Of a DNA stretch of 64,000 nt, positions 49,438 through 59,745 are shown piece by piece. Source of the DNA: Promethearchaeia archaeon (GTDB taxonomy: Archaea > Asgardarchaeota > Lokiarchaeia > Sigyniarchaeales > SOKP01). Every line of letters begins with the position of its first letter. The stretch's first letter is position 1. Location of the stretch: the NCBI GenBank assembly GCA_029856155.1, contig JAHQWL010000072.1, positions 32,001-96,000 on the forward strand. Direction: 5' to 3'. The notes beneath the pieces were generated by a model. It did not search any database. It was not told the DNA's origin and saw nothing but the letters and a program-made list of their open reading frames with translations. The position numbers were made by a program, and so were the translations under genes.

Positions 49438-50100
49438 TTATTTATTGTTATATGTCTCATTGAGTGCTTTAATAAACTCTTCCCTAGTCTGATCAAAACC
49501 TTTCCTTAATGCTTTTACAATTATCTTTCTCCCAACGGGGAGTTTAAGAATGGATGGATCGTTTTCAACTATTTTAACACCTTGATCAGTAAAATCTAAT
49601 TGTTTCATTAAATTTTTTTTAGCTATTTCTTTTGAAGGAAATGCTATTCGACATAAATCTCCATAATTATCTACTTCATCCGTTATCCCTAATAGTTTTA
49701 CTACTTCTTTTAAATAATTGATAAATGTTTCTTTACTAACATGCTTTAATTTTTCATAATTTTTATGTTGTCTCGAGCATTGGCGTGTTGTTTGATCGGC
49801 CTCCAGGTATTTAGGAAAAGATTCATTAAGAATTTTATTGAAAACATCATTAGAATTACCCTTTAATAATAATTTCTTACCTGCATCTAATGTGAGGTTA
49901 ATCTGTTTAAGTGTGCCATCTCGAGCATCATGTTGAGCCCAATAATCGTAGAAGGATTTTACGATTGGTTTGATAATGAAGTTTAAAAGACCTGTATCTA
50001 ATTCTGTTTCCACGAGATTTCTTCCTCTAATAAGGGAATTTTCCATTTGTTCCATCATTCGTTGTTTTATAAGTTGATAATTCCTTTCAATGTAATCCAA
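49438..50100 (-). CDS. Hypothetical helical protein, tandem paralog 1
   Basis: Colinear homolog of the downstream gene; TTG start preceded by GGAG. Confidence 0.8.
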   Translation of the reverse strand: MDYIERNYQLIKQRMMEQMENSLIRGRNLVETELDTGLLNFIIKPIVKSFYDYWAQHDARDGTLKQINLTLDAGKKLLLKGNSNDVFNKILNESFPKYLEADQTTRQCSRQHKNYEKLKHVSKETFINYLKEVVKLLGITDEVDNYGDLCRIAFPSKEIAKKNLMKQLDFTDQGVKIVENDPSILKLPVGRKIIVKALRKGFDQTREEFIKALNETYNNK

Positions 50101-50295
50101 TGTTTATACTCCTTTTAAGTCTGAAAAAAAATTTATATTAGCACACTCAATTAATTATAATTAAAAGAGTTTATTTCTTTTAAAAGAATTTCATAAGTTT
50201 TATACTATTATTTTTATGTGTTTATATGAATAATTTAAGTTTTATAATGAAAAAGAAAAAATATTAAACAATTAAAAATCATAAAAGTTAATTAA

Positions 50296-53200
50296 ATGAC
50301 AACCTATTATTTTAAAATCTTAATTCTGGGTGAAACTGACACAATCCATTTTTATGTCTCAAGAGCTTTTGGTGAGCCCGGGGAAGACCAAGAAACACAT
50401 TTCAAATGGTATAAAGAAACTAAAGTTTTTGATGATATATGCGATTTAGAAATTGATGCAATTACAAGTATCTCTGCAGATTTAGATGAAATAATTCCCA
50501 TGGTAGACGGGATTATATATTTTTTGAATCCTGTAAACGAGGAAGAATCTGAGCTATTTGAAATGATACTTCCTGATATCTTTTCAGTAAAACGCGATAT
50601 CCCTACAGTTGTTATGTTTTATGATCAGAACGGAATCCTCCCTGTTTCTGTGAATGATTTATTACAACATATATGGGTGAATTTTCCAAGTTTGGAGGCA
50701 TTTGCGAACCTCGCTCCCAATAATTTTCATCAAGCACTCCAATCTTTATGTTTGGCAATGATTAACGGCGATACACCATTAAATATTGAAAATGCATGGA
50801 TGAGATTTCCAATATTTATACAAATGGCCAATATCTATTTTAATAACCAAAATTATTATTATGCTGCTCAAGCTATTAGAAAAGCAGCACTCATAGCAGA
50901 AATATACAATAAAGAAGAGTTTTTTATAATTAGTGAACAAGCTGCTTATCTATATTCTAAAATGAATCTATATTTAGAAGCGAGTAAAATTTTAGAAAAA
51001 ATAGATAAAAGAAAAGCGATAAATTTTAAAAAATTATATGCGGATGCGATAATACGAGAAGGTAATTTATTCTTTAATAAGAATGAGTTTGAACAAGCTG
51101 CAAGAAACTACGAGAGAGCAGCTCAATGGTCGAGCATCGAATTATTAGATAAAACATTTATTTATGAGGCTTTTAGATTAGCAATTAATTCTTGGATTTC
51201 AGCTTGTAGAATTGATGATGCATTAAGGATCTTAGATAGTTTACCACATCAAGGTGTTATTCTTTTATTAAAAGAAATCTCAGATAAAATTGGTGCTGCT
51301 GCTGATTATTTAGTAAATATTAATAATTTTGAATCAGCAAGAGAACAGCTTTACCTTGCAATCAATAAATATCAACGTGAAGCTCTTTCCGATGAATTAA
51401 AAGAATTAACTAATAAACTTACAGAAGTATTAATTACATTTTTTAAACAACAGGTAAATGAGGAAAAAAAGCACGCTGCTAAAAATACATATGATGAGCT
51501 TGAAAATATGTGGAGCTCCTATAAAGTGAAAAAAGCAAATTTAGATTCAACTTTAGAAGAATTAATTAACCAGTTTTTTGAGGCTAATAATTTTGGAACA
51601 GCAACTATTTTGATTGACAAATTAAATTCAAGAAAATTAAAACAACAGTTAGCAAAAAATAGAGATGAATTTGAAGATAAATATGAAGCATTAAAAAAGA
51701 AAGAAGTAGAAGATTATATTAATAGGGGTGTGGCAATAATAAGAAGTTTTGTCGAAACTGAAATAGATCTCATAGCAGAAATGAATACAAAGAAAATAAC
51801 AGAAGCAAATGAATACGTTCAGCAAAACAATTATATTAGAGCAGCAAACATCTTAAAAAAACAGGCAGAATACCTTAAAAAAATTGGTAAAGAAGATATA
51901 AAGGATCAAATCCTCACAAAATCATTAGATGTATTATTAGAAGGTATGGAATTTGAAAGTTTTTTTGTTTTTTTTAATGAAATCTCAGCGGATATAAAAA
52001 AAAAATATTTAACTAGAATCTTTCCGAGATATTTTCAGAAATTACAAGATCTTCGAAATGTAGAAGATTTTGCAAGTAATGAAAAAATATTTGAAAAATC
52101 GATTAGAATTTATCGAAATCAAATGCTTTATGATCAATCTAAGGAAATTAGTTTAATTTTTATTAAAGTAATTAAAAGTGAAGCCTTAAGAATATTAGAA
52201 AGCGAGGGAGATCTTTCAGCAATTAATAAAGCAGAAATGTCTGTTAAAAAAGTTTTAAATATAGCATCAGCATATTTAGAGAAAGAAGAGAGCATAAATA
52301 TCACATTTAACAAGATCTACAAGAAAGTATCTGAAATTTACATTGAACTGAATGACTTACATTTAGCTCAAGTTTATAATGATAAAATTGAAAATAAAGA
52401 ATACAAAATTGAAATACATAAGAAAATCGAGTCATTGGAAGCTGAACAAAGTGCTATTAGAGCTAAAAAAGCTATTGAAACTCGAAAAGGAGAGGTATTA
52501 AAAGAAAAAGGTTCTATTATTGAAAAAAGAGCACAAGAAGCGAAGTTAGATAAAGAAAATCAAATGAGGGAAAGAAGAGGGTTAAAAAGAGGTTACTTTA
52601 ATAATGGGTTAACTCATTTGAGAAATCAACAATATGATAAAGCTTTTGAAGTATATAAAAGCACAATTAATCGATTAAGTTTAATAAAGAAATATAATCT
52701 AGCAGGAGTATCCTTAGTTGTTGCAATTCTAATATTTATGAAACAAAATAAATTTGGAGATATCAATGAGTTACTGAATGAGACAAAAACAATATTATCT
52801 GGCTTAGGAAAATCTTTTTCTGAGACATTTCCAGTAACTCTCATAGAATATATAAATGATTTAAAAAATCTTCAAGAAGAGCAAAAATTCAAAGAATCCT
52901 TAAAGTTCTTAGAAAGTATTCCATTATTTGATGAGGAGTTGGAGTTATTAGAAGATTATTTAGGTGCAGATTATCAAAAAGAAGAAAAAGTAGAAAAAGT
53001 TAAAGATGAAGAACCTTCAAAAGAACCAGTAAAAGAAATATTATCACGAGCAGAAGTTGGGGAATTATCTAAAAAACAAGTGGAAATGGATCAGAGGTTT
53101 GGAAAAATCCACTCTAAAAAAGGAGATGCTAGAAGAGATAAAGAAAGAATCTTTATGAAAAGAAAACCAATGAGAAAAAGATACTATTCACCTATATTAG

Positions 53201-53556
53201 ATATGCTAGAATCACAAAAATATGAAAAAGCAGCAATTAAATACTTAGAATTAGCAAATATACTTTTAAAAAGAAAAGACCTCGAAACCAGTTCTTTAAT
53301 GGTCAATTTGCATTGTTTAGCTCTATTAAAGGTAGGAGATTCAATAAGTGAAATTAAAAATAATATTAATGATTATTTAAATAGCTTAGGAGTTAATAAA
53401 AAAGTAGTTGAAGAAACATTCTATATAATGCTTATCTTGTTTCTAATTGACAGTAAACTATATAATTTTAAGAATTATCTCCATAAAATTAAAGAAATGT
53501 TGGAAATCCTTCCCTTATTTGAAGAAGAGAAATTTTTGATAGATATTGAAGAATAA
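50296..53556 (+). CDS. Large protein: degenerate Ras/Rab-fold domain + TPR/SNAP-like alpha-solenoid
   Basis: N-terminal YYFKILILG...DGIIYFLN...IPTVVM without G motifs; A..Y..AA helical repeats; duplicated C-terminal unit. Confidence 0.7.
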   Translation: MTTYYFKILILGETDTIHFYVSRAFGEPGEDQETHFKWYKETKVFDDICDLEIDAITSISADLDEIIPMVDGIIYFLNPVNEEESELFEMILPDIFSVKRDIPTVVMFYDQNGILPVSVNDLLQHIWVNFPSLEAFANLAPNNFHQALQSLCLAMINGDTPLNIENAWMRFPIFIQMANIYFNNQNYYYAAQAIRKAALIAEIYNKEEFFIISEQAAYLYSKMNLYLEASKILEKIDKRKAINFKKLYADAIIREGNLFFNKNEFEQAARNYERAAQWSSIELLDKTFIYEAFRLAINSWISACRIDDALRILDSLPHQGVILLLKEISDKIGAAADYLVNINNFESAREQLYLAINKYQREALSDELKELTNKLTEVLITFFKQQVNEEKKHAAKNTYDELENMWSSYKVKKANLDSTLEELINQFFEANNFGTATILIDKLNSRKLKQQLAKNRDEFEDKYEALKKKEVEDYINRGVAIIRSFVETEIDLIAEMNTKKITEANEYVQQNNYIRAANILKKQAEYLKKIGKEDIKDQILTKSLDVLLEGMEFESFFVFFNEISADIKKKYLTRIFPRYFQKLQDLRNVEDFASNEKIFEKSIRIYRNQMLYDQSKEISLIFIKVIKSEALRILESEGDLSAINKAEMSVKKVLNIASAYLEKEESINITFNKIYKKVSEIYIELNDLHLAQVYNDKIENKEYKIEIHKKIESLEAEQSAIRAKKAIETRKGEVLKEKGSIIEKRAQEAKLDKENQMRERRGLKRGYFNNGLTHLRNQQYDKAFEVYKSTINRLSLIKKYNLAGVSLVVAILIFMKQNKFGDINELLNETKTILSGLGKSFSETFPVTLIEYINDLKNLQEEQKFKESLKFLESIPLFDEELELLEDYLGADYQKEEKVEKVKDEEPSKEPVKEILSRAEVGELSKKQVEMDQRFGKIHSKKGDARRDKERIFMKRKPMRKRYYSPILDMLESQKYEKAAIKYLELANILLKRKDLETSSLMVNLHCLALLKVGDSISEIKNNINDYLNSLGVNKKVVEETFYIMLILFLIDSKLYNFKNYLHKIKEMLEILPLFEEEKFLIDIEE

Positions 53557-53635
53557 ATTCATATTTCCCATAAAATTTACAATGAGAGAAATCTTAAGAA
53601 TCACTTTGAACTCTAAATAAAATTAACAAATCCTT

Positions 53636-54559
53636 TTAATCAACCATATTTACATACTTCTGCAAATCCTTTACTCGCATACGAAGGGTCACTTCAGTAA
53701 CTCGGGCTAGCTTACTTATTTCCTTCTGCGTTCTGTTTTCATTACATATTTTTGAACCAATATAAATAGCAGCAGCTGCAATTCCCTTAGGGTCCTTTCC
53801 AGCTGAATTAAATCCACTTTCTTTTGCTTTCTCGATTATTTTGACAGCAATATTCCGACATTTCATAGAAAGTTTTAACTCTTCATTGAATTTATCTACA
53901 TAGCGATCAGCTGAGAAATGCTGAACTTTAAGGTTTAATTTAGGTAATACTTCCATTAAAATTAGTCTATAACTTTTTATAACTTTCTTTTTAGGTATTT
54001 GTGCAACTTTAGTAATTTCTTCGGCGGTTCTAGGTATTCCATGAACTCTTAAAGCCGCAAAAATCGAAGCTGATAATAACGTATCAATGCTACGACCCAT
54101 AGTTAGCTTTTTTTTTACTGTTTGAGTATAAATTCGTAAAGCATCCTCCGCAACCGCATCAGGAATTCCTAACCTTTTTTGTAAACGTTGTAAATTTGGT
54201 AAAGCAATCCATAAATTTCTTTCATAGCTAGTAGTTAGTGATCTATGAATTTTAGCTAGTCTATTGAATTTTGATTTATACTTTGGGCTTAATAACGTGC
54301 CTCTGGCATCTCTGGATCCTCTGATAATGGTTCTAGGACCAATTGGGCTGTATACCCTTTCGTTACTCTTTCTTTTTTGTATTTCTTCTTGAGTAAAGGC
54401 TCTACGAGGACTATCATCAAGAATCCGGGAATAAACAAATCCACAATTTAAACAAACATAAAAACCATCCTCCTCGCTGATTTTTGGATTATCACAGCAG
54501 GAAGGCCCCTCCTCTGCATTATCCTCAAAAAAATCATTATCTTCAAAATGAGCTGGCAT
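53636..54559 (-). CDS. tfb: Transcription initiation factor B (TFB)
   Basis: Zn ribbon, ERNL, GRS, PRT..EI, GKDPKGIAAAAIY, TQKEIS..ARVTEVTLR. Confidence 0.96.
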   Translation of the reverse strand: MPAHFEDNDFFEDNAEEGPSCCDNPKISEEDGFYVCLNCGFVYSRILDDSPRRAFTQEEIQKRKSNERVYSPIGPRTIIRGSRDARGTLLSPKYKSKFNRLAKIHRSLTTSYERNLWIALPNLQRLQKRLGIPDAVAEDALRIYTQTVKKKLTMGRSIDTLLSASIFAALRVHGIPRTAEEITKVAQIPKKKVIKSYRLILMEVLPKLNLKVQHFSADRYVDKFNEELKLSMKCRNIAVKIIEKAKESGFNSAGKDPKGIAAAAIYIGSKICNENRTQKEISKLARVTEVTLRMRVKDLQKYVNMVD

Positions 54560-54755
54560 TATTAAAAAAAAGTAAAAGGATGATTATTGAATTTTAATAT
54601 TTTTCCTTAGCTTAGATTTACATAAATTAATAAATATATAAGTTTGATCTATTTGTAAGGTAGACTTGTGAAAATTTAAATCTTAATCTTTTTAACTAGT
54701 ATCTTAAAAGTTTAATAAATAACAATAAAAATTAAATCAACCTATTAATAATAGT

Positions 54756-55994
54756 ATGTCTTCAGAAGCTTCTAGTTTTATAAAAGTCTTTTCGAAATTC
54801 TTGGATCCAGAATCCGTGAAAATTGATAAATTACATAAGGTTGATGATATTATAAAATTACCAATTCTATCATACAAATTTATAGATAAAGAAGAATCGA
54901 CCATAATGAAGCAGCTACTAGAAATTTCTACAATTGGAGATGCTTCTAAGTTAAATAAAGATGATCCATTTGAAAGCTTAACTGAAATTGAAGAAACAGA
55001 TGATTCAATTGAATTAACAGCAAGTCTACAACAAAAACTTGAGGAATTAAAGGTCAAATACCCCACTCTTGAAGAAAAATTAAAGAAAACTATCACCATC
55101 AGCTCACTTATTGTGAGTGTTAAAGAAGAAAAAGAAGGAATTGACGAAACAGCACAAAAAGTACTTGTTGCGGGACTTGATAATGCTGGAAAAACAGCAA
55201 CACTATCAAAATTTGGCGGACGATTAGGAATAAGTGATATGATCTCAACACATCCCACGAAAGGAGTTGTTCGAATGAAATTTGGAAGCAGTCATTTAAA
55301 CTTATTTATCTGGGATTTAGGTGGGCAAGAAGAATATAGGGAGAGGTATTTAAAGAATCCAGAGCAATATTTTATGATGCTTGATTTGCTAATTTATGTA
55401 ATAGATGTACAAGATCCAGATAGATTTGATGATGCTCTTGAATATTTTGAGAAAATTATAAACTCAATAATTTTATTGGAAGAAAATCCGTATATATTAC
55501 TTTTTATCCATAAATATGACCCAGACTTGAAGAATAACCCTAAAATTCTCTTAAATATAGAACTTCTAAAGGATAATATTAATGAACTATTTAAAACCAA
55601 GAATTATGATCTTCATTTGGAGATTTATTTAACATCAATATACTCATTGATCTCACGCGAACCACAATTCGCAAAATACATAAAGAATCTTATGAGTGCT
55701 AGTTATTCTTTGAGTGATCCTACAGTTAGGAAAGTTGAAGGTCTTGGAAAAACATTAGAAGAAACATTAAATGCGGTTATTCGACTATCAGAAAGTATTT
55801 CCACACAACTCAATGAACTTGACAATCGTCTTAGAGCTATAGAATCAGGAGCATTTCAAATTGCTCAAAGTGGGTTCCCTATTGAAATTGCCAACCCAAA
55901 TCAACCTTCAGCAAGGCCTCAAGAAAGTGCAAGGCTACAAGTATTAAATGAACTAAAGGATTTATTTGGTAAGAGACGTAGATTGGATCTTTAA
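54756..55994 (+). CDS. Extended Arf/Rag-like small GTPase
   Basis: GLDNAGKT, PTKG, WDLGGQ, HKYD, TSI; N-terminal extension and C-terminal coiled coil. Confidence 0.88.
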   Translation: MSSEASSFIKVFSKFLDPESVKIDKLHKVDDIIKLPILSYKFIDKEESTIMKQLLEISTIGDASKLNKDDPFESLTEIEETDDSIELTASLQQKLEELKVKYPTLEEKLKKTITISSLIVSVKEEKEGIDETAQKVLVAGLDNAGKTATLSKFGGRLGISDMISTHPTKGVVRMKFGSSHLNLFIWDLGGQEEYRERYLKNPEQYFMMLDLLIYVIDVQDPDRFDDALEYFEKIINSIILLEENPYILLFIHKYDPDLKNNPKILLNIELLKDNINELFKTKNYDLHLEIYLTSIYSLISREPQFAKYIKNLMSASYSLSDPTVRKVEGLGKTLEETLNAVIRLSESISTQLNELDNRLRAIESGAFQIAQSGFPIEIANPNQPSARPQESARLQVLNELKDLFGKRRRLDL

Positions 55995-56722
55995 ACCTTT
56001 ACTCTCTTCTTTTTTAATAAGGCTTGAATTGTTTTATTAATAGCCAGTAAAAATATAATAAGGAATATACATAAAGAAAGCATTAAATAACCAATATTAT
56101 TCAATAACATTGGATTGATTTGTCGATACTGAATTTCAAATTCAATAAACTGTTCAAAGTAAATTAAAGTGTGTAAAATAAGTGGACCGGTTAGAAACAC
56201 TGTTATTAAAAAGCCTATAATCCCAATGATGCAACCAAATATGACATCTGAAGGGTAATGTACACCAAGCTGAATTCTTGAAAAAGAGACTAAAGCAGCG
56301 AAAAAAAACGCCAAAATACTTATAATTGGTGATTTTAAAAAGAATAATCCAAATATTAAACCATATGCCATAACATTATAAGAGTGCCAAGATGGAAAAC
56401 TTCTTGAGGTTGGTGTTCGCTCAAAAACAGTAATTTTATCTTTTTCAAATCTTTCAAACGGTCTTTTTCTTTTTACAATTTGTTTTATTAGTAAAATTAG
56501 AATTAACCCTGTAAGAAATATAGCAGAGATATAGGATAATAAAAAAGGATCATACCAAATAAATAAATAGAAGGCGATTAAAAAAAGCCATAGAGTTTCT
56601 CTTCCAAAAAAAGAAAAAACTCTTAAAATGAAGGTTATTGGTTTACCACCTAAACCATTATATTTTAAAATAATTTTTTGATCCCATTGATCGATTCTAT
56701 TTGAAAATTCTTTAAATTCCAT
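55991..56722 (-). CDS. PAP2-family membrane phosphatase
   Basis: K...KR.RP, SFPSWH, SRIQLGVHYPSDV. Confidence 0.92.
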   Translation of the reverse strand: MEFKEFSNRIDQWDQKIILKYNGLGGKPITFILRVFSFFGRETLWLFLIAFYLFIWYDPFLLSYISAIFLTGLILILLIKQIVKRKRPFERFEKDKITVFERTPTSRSFPSWHSYNVMAYGLIFGLFFLKSPIISILAFFFAALVSFSRIQLGVHYPSDVIFGCIIGIIGFLITVFLTGPLILHTLIYFEQFIEFEIQYRQINPMLLNNIGYLMLSLCIFLIIFLLAINKTIQALLKKKRVKV

Positions 56723-56745
56723 AATAAATTAAATATTATATTTTT

Positions 56746-57540
56746 TTAAATTTGGTTCAATAACTTATAGGCATCTATTAATTTGGGGATTTTATCTTTA
56801 AAATAGTCTAAAGAATGTGAATCGGATCCAACGAAAAATCCTGCTCCTTCTTTCTTTAACTGCTTCATAACATCCATAGATGGAAACGTTCTCTTTATTG
56901 GAAATCGCAATCCAGAAAGATTTAATTCTATTTTTATTCTATTTTTTATACATAAACGACCTAAATCTATTACGCGATCATGAGAGATATCACAATCATC
57001 TGTAGGTATGAATTCATTATTATTAATATAGCGAAAGATAGTATCAATATGACAGATATTTTTGAATATTTGTGAATTTATCATTTTAGTACTTAGTTCA
57101 AAATAATCATCTATAATTTGTCTCATCGGTAATTTTTCTAATAATTTAGTCAATCCAGCTTTTGTTGTAATGGGATAACCAATTATCCACTCATGAATAG
57201 ATCCTCCAATGAAATCTAATTCCTCCCCATAATCATCCATAAATTCCATTAGTTTAATTTCCTTATCCTTATAATAGTCAACTTCAAGTCCGCTTAAGAT
57301 AAAATCATACGTTTCTTTATATATATCAATCTCCTCAAGATAGTCATCTATTTTGCCATTATAGAAGGGATTAGTCTTATCATTTTCAACATAATGAAGT
57401 TCATAATGATCAAGAAAACAGACATTAATTTGTTGTTCTTCAGCAACTCTTATATAATCTTCAAAAGTGGGTCCTTCTTCTGCTACATCTACACTCCAAG
57501 GTTTGGTATGAACATGATAATCTGTAAACTTAAACCGCAT
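56746..57540 (-). CDS. PHP-domain phosphatase (histidinol-phosphatase-like)
   Basis: DYHVHT, DH, GLEVD, GSIH, HID, GSDSH. Confidence 0.88.
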   Translation of the reverse strand: MRFKFTDYHVHTKPWSVDVAEEGPTFEDYIRVAEEQQINVCFLDHYELHYVENDKTNPFYNGKIDDYLEEIDIYKETYDFILSGLEVDYYKDKEIKLMEFMDDYGEELDFIGGSIHEWIIGYPITTKAGLTKLLEKLPMRQIIDDYFELSTKMINSQIFKNICHIDTIFRYINNNEFIPTDDCDISHDRVIDLGRLCIKNRIKIELNLSGLRFPIKRTFPSMDVMKQLKKEGAGFFVGSDSHSLDYFKDKIPKLIDAYKLLNQI

Positions 57541-57589
57541 AAATCATCATATTTGATAATTAAAGAAGAAAGATAAAAATTTTGGATAT

Positions 57590-59479
57590 TTATTCCATAG
57601 AATCTTCTTTATCAAAAAAAACTTCATAAAACAATTCTTTTTCTCCAGCTTCGGGAGGAGTTATTTTTGTATATCCACCTGTTTGAATAATACGAACAGC
57701 TCTTTTATTTTGAATATGAATGTTTCCATATAATCCTTTTAATCCTTTCTCTTTTGCAATGATAATTATCTCTTGATATAGAAAAGCTCCAATTCCTTTT
57801 CCTCTATAATCTTCTCTCACAATGAAACTATATTCTCCCATATTTAATTTAGAGTTTAAATAGTAGGTTGCATTTCCAATCATTTTTTGATGTCCAATTT
57901 CACCTATAAAGGCACCAATCGAAAAAATGTTGTTATAATCAATATTAACTTCAAATTGAGTTTTGGAGTGAGTGAACTCTTTTTTTAGTTCAAAGAATCT
58001 TAAATATCTATCTCTCTCGCTCAAGGAGTAATATAAGTCTTTTAATAAGGGCTCATCAGTAGTTTTCACAGGACGGATTCTTACTTTTTCCTTTTCAATT
58101 GTAGTATAAACAGTCTCATATTCTGAAGGATAAATACAAATACGACCTTTCTCATCACAGGGTAATAATTGATCAGAATAAATATACTTCAAGTTTTTAG
58201 CAGCACTTAACAATAATTGCCTAAACTTCGGATGGGCTATACAAATTAGTTCGATTACTCTTTCGCGAATACTTTTTCCATGCAGATAAGCAACACCCCA
58301 TTCAGTCACTACATAATGTACATCTCCACGTGGAAACATTATCCCTGCTCCTTCATCTAAATGAGGTACGATACGTGATTTTTTCCCATCTCGTGAAGTA
58401 GATGGGATAATTATGATTGGTTTACCTCCCTTAGAAAAAGCAGCTCCTCTCATAAAATCAATTGTTTCACCAAGTCCGGAATAGAAACGATAACCCTCTG
58501 TTGAGGCATTTACTTGCCCTGTTAAATCAATCTGCCGAGCAGAATTTATAGAAACCATATTGTTATTCATTCCAATATTTCGAGGGTTGCATACATAATC
58601 GGATGGATGAAACTCAATGAAAGGATTGTTATCTACAAATTTATATAATTTTCTTGTACCCAAAGCAAAACTAGTAATAATTTTTTCAATGTGGAAATTC
58701 TTTTTTCGGCAAGTCAAAACACCTTCTTCTATAAGTGGTATTATATTATCTGTGATATAGTGAGAATGCATTCCTAAATGTTTTTTATCTCCTAGACACC
58801 TTAGTGCAGCATTTGGAAGATCTCCAAAACCTACATGAATTGTTGATTTGTTTTCTATTAGATTTGCTAAATTTTTACATATTCTAACAGCGATTTCGTC
58901 GGGTTCATCAAAGTGAAACTCTAGCAATGGAGTATCATTATATACAAAATAATCTATTTCTTTCATATGAATAAAACTATTTCCTAAAGTACGAGGCATC
59001 TGGGGATTAATTTCAGCAATAGTCATATAAGATGATTGTGCTATTGGTTTAGCAATGTCTACATTAATTCCTAAAGAACAAAAACCGTACGGATCAGGAG
59101 GAGAAACTTGAATGAGAGCGACATCAATATGCTTCCGACCAGTTAAAAATAATGGAGGAATTTCACTAGCATATATTGGTGTATAATCTGCCTGTCCCTT
59201 ATTAATTTCCTCACGAAGAGTCTTCCCTATAAAAAATGCATTATGTCTAAAAAGATCCTCTGCTTTATCTTTAAAATATTTTTCAGGACCTATAGTTAAA
59301 AAATGGAGAATTTCAGTATCTATTAGTTTTTCTGAATTTTTTATTAATTCCGAGGTTAAGAGCTGAGGTTCAGAGCATCCTGAGTCTATAAAAACCCTAT
59401 TCCCTGAAATAATTTTTCCTATTGCTTGTTGGGCAGTAATTTCCTTATTCTTCCACTTTTCTTTCCAAGTAAAATCCAT
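57590..59479 (-). CDS. Acetyl-CoA hydrolase/transferase-like domain fused to Pat-type GNAT acetyltransferase
   Basis: DVALIQVSPPD, SINSA..IDLTGQV, VVTEWG, IAHPKFR; C-terminal IRP..D...LS..RYLRFF, EYSF.V...RGKGIG. Confidence 0.88.
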   Translation of the reverse strand: MDFTWKEKWKNKEITAQQAIGKIISGNRVFIDSGCSEPQLLTSELIKNSEKLIDTEILHFLTIGPEKYFKDKAEDLFRHNAFFIGKTLREEINKGQADYTPIYASEIPPLFLTGRKHIDVALIQVSPPDPYGFCSLGINVDIAKPIAQSSYMTIAEINPQMPRTLGNSFIHMKEIDYFVYNDTPLLEFHFDEPDEIAVRICKNLANLIENKSTIHVGFGDLPNAALRCLGDKKHLGMHSHYITDNIIPLIEEGVLTCRKKNFHIEKIITSFALGTRKLYKFVDNNPFIEFHPSDYVCNPRNIGMNNNMVSINSARQIDLTGQVNASTEGYRFYSGLGETIDFMRGAAFSKGGKPIIIIPSTSRDGKKSRIVPHLDEGAGIMFPRGDVHYVVTEWGVAYLHGKSIRERVIELICIAHPKFRQLLLSAAKNLKYIYSDQLLPCDEKGRICIYPSEYETVYTTIEKEKVRIRPVKTTDEPLLKDLYYSLSERDRYLRFFELKKEFTHSKTQFEVNIDYNNIFSIGAFIGEIGHQKMIGNATYYLNSKLNMGEYSFIVREDYRGKGIGAFLYQEIIIIAKEKGLKGLYGNIHIQNKRAVRIIQTGGYTKITPPEAGEKELFYEVFFDKEDSME

Positions 59480-59745
59480 TGCATTTATTCACTCCATTGA
59501 GAATGCTCACACTCAAATATAAATTTATTTTTCATTAATTTTATATCTAATTAAACTGATATTTCTATTTTCACTCATTTATAATTTTTGAAATTATAAA
59601 TAAAATGTTTAAATTTCATTCATCTCTTTTTTGAATTAGAACATTTCTTTTGAAATGATATATTTTAAATGGTATCATTAAATAAAAATTAAAAGTATAC
59701 TAAATGAACTTCTAATTTAATGAAATTCAAAAATGTGAAGAAAAA

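Noticed and set aside
54737-55258. 173-aa antisense ORF over the extended GTPase
   Set aside because: Mirror-frame composition; no independent evidence
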